The notes below the pieces were generated by a model. The model searched no databases and was not told the DNA's origin. It saw nothing but the letters and a program-made list of their open reading frames with translations. From a virus (lineage: Duplodnaviria; Caudoviricetes): a stretch of 64,000 bases of DNA. Location: the IMG/VR virus record IMGVR_UViG_3300010346_000241, positions 165,449 through 229,448 of that record; one strand, written 5' to 3'. The position numbers and the translations under genes are program-made. Positions 59,972 through 64,000 of the stretch are shown one piece after another; the stretch's first letter is position 1, and every line of letters starts with the position of its first letter.

Positions 59972-60781
59972 TTATTCCTCCTTACTTACATCATCTCCAT
60001 TCTCTTCTGGCTGAGGAATGAGCATGGAGATATCATTCTGAGTACACAGAGCATTGTGTATCTTGAGCTTGATATCTGTCACTACAGAAGGTACATCTAT
60101 AGCAGATGCTATAAACATCGCATAGAAATTCTCCCCCTTTACATGATCTGCTAAGAGTTGAGCATACTCTATAGGATAGCATGTCTGAAGGTATGTGGGG
60201 AGATCAATGTCAAGTCCCTTAAGGTAATAAAGGACCTCATTCATCTTCGCGCAGATGATAGCCATCTTAATGTCATCGTATGCTTTCTTACCATAGATCG
60301 TAGTAACGTCCTTGTCTTTCTTATAGTTTACCAGTTCAAGTGCATCCCACAGAGCATCCTTGTTAAGCATGATAAAGTTTGCATAGAACTGAGAAACGAA
60401 GAAGTCGAACTTAGAGACAAAGCATTCATACATGTAGAGAGCTATAGTAAACAAGTTAGTATCCTCTGCTGGAGGAATGAACTGGAATCCATAGAACTGA
60501 CAGATTGTATCTATGATCTCCTGATACGAGGCCTGCTCAACCTCTCGTATGTTCTGTGCATCGAGAGGATAAGTCTGTTCAAGGTTTCTGAAGGTCATAT
60601 TGTATGATACAACTATGTTTGGCTTTGTCATCACGGCACTAGAATAGGTGAACCTATTAACCAGGTGATCAAGTATTACAATCATCACATAATCGGAATC
60701 GAAATGCGATAAAATATTGGCAACTTCACCCTCTGCTACCATTGAACAGATCTGAGAGTTGCGAAAGAGATCTTGCGGCAT
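59972..60781 (-). CDS. Hypothetical protein
   Basis: 269 aa; SD AAAGGAG; late-type promoter at 60807-60818. Confidence 0.8.
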   Translation of the reverse strand: MPQDLFRNSQICSMVAEGEVANILSHFDSDYVMIVILDHLVNRFTYSSAVMTKPNIVVSYNMTFRNLEQTYPLDAQNIREVEQASYQEIIDTICQFYGFQFIPPAEDTNLFTIALYMYECFVSKFDFFVSQFYANFIMLNKDALWDALELVNYKKDKDVTTIYGKKAYDDIKMAIICAKMNEVLYYLKGLDIDLPTYLQTCYPIEYAQLLADHVKGENFYAMFIASAIDVPSVVTDIKLKIHNALCTQNDISMLIPQPEENGDDVSKEE

Positions 60782-60878
60782 ATGGCACGCTCCTTTCTTC
60801 TTTGATTACTGTATCGTTGGTGTTTGGGTAGAGATGTACATATGTAAAAGTAACCATGAACAACTGTATACTATAATA

Positions 60879-61111
60879 GTGTGAGAAGATTAAGTTCTCT
60901 CTGTAATAAGAGTTGAGCAGATTGATTGAATCACGTTTAGAGTGCGAGCGGCTAACAGTTCGAGTGGCTCTCAGAAAGAGCTATTAGTCGAGCGCTATGG
61001 GTGCTCCTAACGAGCAAAGCCTATTATCTACGATCCTGATTAGTAGGTAGTATGTTAGGAGACTAATTGAAAAGCGGTGGAGAGTGTCAGGGTTCTCCAC
61101 CATTATTTTTT
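60879..61111 (+). ncRNA. Candidate stand-alone structured ncRNA from an early-type promoter
   Basis: Promoter TGTATACTAT at 60865-60874; stems CGGCTAA/TTAGTCG, TGGCTCT/AGAGCTA, CTCCTAAC/GTTAGGAG, TATTATCTAC/GTAGGTAGTA; terminator GGTGGAGAG/TTCTCCACC + T run; no SD-led ORF. Confidence 0.6.
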
Positions 61112-61181
61112 ATAAAAGATAAGGGTGAGTGGTTCTTCCACTCACCCATCTATCTCTTCCATTACATTCTTTCTTTTTTTC

Positions 61182-61964
61182 TTATACACAGTACAGCAGA
61201 GGCTGGTTCGTGTTAGCTGCAGAGACATGAGTCTCATCCAGATATCTTACACAGTCATCTCTATCAGCAGCAAACTGTTCAAGTCTACTCATAACCTTGT
61301 TGATATCTACCGTAGCAAACACTGTCTCGAGATCAGAGTAGTTATTCAAGAAAGCTACCAGTGTATTTGCTACATCGTCTATAGCCAACCTTTCAAATGT
61401 CTCCATCATTGTAGGAGATATAGTCATCAGATTGTCTGGATGTGGAACGAAGATATCTATAGGGATATCCTTCAGACCTCCAGTGATATCGCCGTTAGTT
61501 ACAGAAGTCAGCTTAACCATGTTAGGCTCTTTGAACTCCACGAAGATACTGTTGTTGAATACAGATGTCATATCTGCTCTAGCCTGAAGCAGCATAACGT
61601 CATCCATACTGTAGTTATTATATGCTCCGAGATAGTCATACATACCAATACCAGACTGCTGGACAAGTCCATCGTTTCCGTAGACATCCCATGCTATATC
61701 CTTTACTCCCAGGATCTCTACTCCTCCTACTAATGAACTGTCGATCATATAGTAGCCGTCTCTCTTGTTCTCAGGTCTAGCGTTTATCATGATACGAACT
61801 TCATGAGGGAAGAAGCGAGAGAACGTTACCAGTGTATCTGGCTTAATAATGCATTCTGCCCAAGAGTCCTTGTCGATTCCTTCTCCCTTTGGCAGATTGA
61901 GAGGTTTTGTACCGAGTCTTCTTTCTATTTTATCAAGAAGAAGTCTCATCTTATTCATAGGCAT
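61182..61964 (-). CDS. Putative neck / head-tail connector protein
   Basis: LLDKIERRLG..TLVTFSRFFP pattern resembling T4 gp13-type neck proteins; late-type promoter at 61995-62006. Confidence 0.45.
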   Translation of the reverse strand: MPMNKMRLLLDKIERRLGTKPLNLPKGEGIDKDSWAECIIKPDTLVTFSRFFPHEVRIMINARPENKRDGYYMIDSSLVGGVEILGVKDIAWDVYGNDGLVQQSGIGMYDYLGAYNNYSMDDVMLLQARADMTSVFNNSIFVEFKEPNMVKLTSVTNGDITGGLKDIPIDIFVPHPDNLMTISPTMMETFERLAIDDVANTLVAFLNNYSDLETVFATVDINKVMSRLEQFAADRDDCVRYLDETHVSAANTNQPLLYCV

Positions 61965-62055
61965 AAGCCCACTCTCCTTTCGGGTGTTATATATTACTCA
62001 GATGTTTCACCACTATTTGAACATTTCTATAATCTAAGAAAGGAGGAGAGTACAC

Positions 62056-62928
62056 ATGTCGTTGACTCCACAAGAGATACTTGATATAGTAGACCCTACT
62101 AGACAACACGAGAACGATACAAGCTTTCCGCATTGGTATATCGTAGATGGCGAATTGGTAAACATCTACAACTTTGAACCAGCAGATGATCCTCTTCTCG
62201 GTAACACTGTTCTGTGGTATGCTAAAGAGACTGAAGATCCCGACACTCACGAGGTGGTTAAAGAACTTGATCATCCAATGCTCCCGTCTCTTGATACTTC
62301 TGATATTGATAAGCCTGGCTATTGGTATATAAAGGAAACTGTTGATCCAGTTACTGGAGAGGTTACTAAGGAACTCACTAACCATGGTATTCCTCAGATA
62401 GATCTCGAGATAAACGGTATATGGTACGTCAAGGATGGCTCCTTGACACATGCTGCTTTCCCTGAGTTGGTTGGGTATGGATCATATATGAACAACCAAG
62501 TTGTAAACAAGGCTATCATCTTCCCCTCTGTAATGGATATAGGAAAATGGGCATTCAAGGATACTCCTTCAATGCTGGAGGTGTATCTTAATCCAGAGTG
62601 CAAGAGATATGATACTTCCTTCCCCGAGGAGTGTGTGGTAAAGGATTGGCCATTAAGAGTGAGAGTTACTCAAATGCCGACGAAGACTATATACAATGTG
62701 GGAGAAGACTTTGATGTCAGTGGTATGAAAGTACTTGTGACATTAGATATGAGTGTTATGGGTAAGGATTATGGTAGTTATGCATATGAAGCAAACAATG
62801 ACTACTTTACAGTAGTACAGTTCGATAATACTTCTCCAGGTGAGAAGGTAGTTATACTAAGATACAAAACGCCCTATTCAGTCGGTCAGTATAGCGTAGT
62901 ACTGCCTGAGCCTGTAATAGTGGTGTAA
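62056..62928 (+). CDS. Putative virion surface protein with one LRR unit and a bacterial Ig-like (Big_3) domain
   Basis: IFPSVMDIGKWAFKDT (BspA LRR); PTKTIYNVGEDFDVSGMKV..FDNTSPGEKVV (Big_3); late-type promoter at 62020-62031. Confidence 0.7.
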   Translation: MSLTPQEILDIVDPTRQHENDTSFPHWYIVDGELVNIYNFEPADDPLLGNTVLWYAKETEDPDTHEVVKELDHPMLPSLDTSDIDKPGYWYIKETVDPVTGEVTKELTNHGIPQIDLEINGIWYVKDGSLTHAAFPELVGYGSYMNNQVVNKAIIFPSVMDIGKWAFKDTPSMLEVYLNPECKRYDTSFPEECVVKDWPLRVRVTQMPTKTIYNVGEDFDVSGMKVLVTLDMSVMGKDYGSYAYEANNDYFTVVQFDNTSPGEKVVILRYKTPYSVGQYSVVLPEPVIVV

Positions 62929-62949
62929 GAAAGGAGGAGAAGATTTAGT

Positions 62950-64000
62950 ATGGCTTCATGGGATACATGGGACTGGGGAAGTGGTACACAAGCTGATCCC
63001 TATAAAGTAATGTCTCTGAAAGAACTTAAACAACTGTTCGCTGACACTGTCGTCGCCAGCGACTCGCCTCTGGATATATACGTAGAATTCGCTACACACA
63101 ATAGACAAGGAAACCCGATACCAGTAAGTGAACGAATAGATGATTGTAGACACAATAATTGGATATTAGAAAGCGACGGATTTAAAACTAACTTCGATGA
63201 TTCTTATTCATATCCTATCAAAGTATACATAAACGGAAATGGGTGGACTATATTAGGTGTAAGTCTAAGACGTAGTCATTTGATCAGTGTAACTTCAACT
63301 TCCAGTGGAGGTTCTCCTTCATATAATATGCGCAATACAGTGTATATAGAGAATCTTATATTCAAGAATGTATACTTGCAAGGAAGTGGAAGATATTCAT
63401 TATTGTACGTAAACGGAGCTACTGTTAGAGCAGAAATATCAAACTGCAAGTTTAGCGGTATACTAGACAATAGCGGTAACAACTCGTACACTAATCATGA
63501 AGGAAACAATGTAAACAATACTTACAGTGGCGGTGTAAATGTATTTACCGCTTGTTCATTCAACTTTAAGTTCGTCGCTCATTTCAAACTGGCACATTCA
63601 AGTGCCAGTGGATATACGACTGAGTTTAACAACTGCCTCTTTAACTTTAGTGGTAAGTATACTGGTACAACTCCCGAGTTTCCACTTAATCTAGGCTTTG
63701 CTTATATGTATGGTGCAATAATGTACTTCTGTAAGTGTCAGGGTCAAATCATAATGGATACAAATGTCGGTAATCTGTATCTTCATATGTTCTATGATTA
63801 CGGCGGAACCCTAAACGTTGTAGATGTAGACATTAGGATCCTTGATAGTCTTGATAAAAGTCTAAAGGTCTTCTATCGACATTCTAATAGCACATCGAAA
63901 GATATCTTCTATATACAACCCGACAAAAGTTATCAAGACTTCGTCGTATCTTGTAGAAATCCAGCTTCGTTCATCGTCCCATCAAATAGAGCTCAACTTG
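62950..64000 (+). CDS. Partial beta-helix-like (GLUG-type) protein, runs off the right edge of the window
   Basis: SD AAGGAGG before ATG 62950; MASWDTWDWGSGTQADPY..INGNGWTI..ISNCKFSG; open to the end of the window. Confidence 0.7.
   Translation, partial: MASWDTWDWGSGTQADPYKVMSLKELKQLFADTVVASDSPLDIYVEFATHNRQGNPIPVSERIDDCRHNNWILESDGFKTNFDDSYSYPIKVYINGNGWTILGVSLRRSHLISVTSTSSGGSPSYNMRNTVYIENLIFKNVYLQGSGRYSLLYVNGATVRAEISNCKFSGILDNSGNNSYTNHEGNNVNNTYSGGVNVFTACSFNFKFVAHFKLAHSSASGYTTEFNNCLFNFSGKYTGTTPEFPLNLGFAYMYGAIMYFCKCQGQIIMDTNVGNLYLHMFYDYGGTLNVVDVDIRILDSLDKSLKVFYRHSNSTSKDIFYIQPDKSYQDFVVSCRNPASFIVPSNRAQL

Noticed and set aside
1035-63491. Many antisense and alternative-frame ORFs in the track (e.g. 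14078-14797, 24989-25762, 33272-34036, 54503-55135, 61125-61733)
   Set aside because: They shadow well-supported genes, lack SD sites and motifs, and are explained by codon bias.
1-64000. CRISPR array, tRNA, tmRNA or rRNA genes
   Set aside because: No regularly spaced repeats or cloverleaf found by eye; GGTTCGAC at ~51709 lies inside a CDS and has no tRNA arms.
1-64000. Stop-codon reassignment (TAG or TGA recoding)
   Set aside because: Genes are long and intact in the standard code, and TAA, TAG and TGA all end genes next to terminators or the next SD.
1-64000. Phage nucleus shell (chimallin) or PhuZ tubulin
   Set aside because: No tubulin signature seen and no ORF could be recognised as chimallin; absence from this window says nothing about the rest of the genome.

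Overview
This window is a 64-kb segment of a jumbo phage genome of the AR9/PBS1 (phiKZ-related) type. The host is probably a Bacillota/Clostridia bacterium, plausibly Ruminococcus-like; this is inferred from strong GGAGG Shine-Dalgarno (SD) sites, a GH25 lysin, BspA-type LRRs and Thr-rich linkers. It encodes three split multisubunit RNA polymerase beta-prime pieces (two with the DFDGD catalytic motif), a sigma-like subunit two genes from a GroEL chaperonin, terminase large subunit, primase, RNase H, a PolB-like palm protein, a putative SSB, baseplate/neck/tail proteins, endolysin, a holin-like TM+GAF protein, a membrane-anchored lytic transglycosylase, a fused ABC exporter, and a Tad2/DUF2829 fusion near a WDGH-motif protein. 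Two phage promoter classes are readable directly from intergenic DNA: late-type AAC(A)-N6-TA (about 25 copies) and early-type YRTATAYTAT-N4-RTG (9 copies). The most unusual elements are an SD-less ORF wrapped in two ornate RNA domains (51089-52007), two stand-alone ncRNA candidates (10806-11017 and 60879-61111), a probable -1 frameshift in a tail-assembly-chaperone-like gene, and a possible UGA readthrough after the Tad2 fusion. No tRNA, rRNA, CRISPR array, intron or stop-codon recoding was seen. All family calls come from motif recognition by eye; no database search was run.
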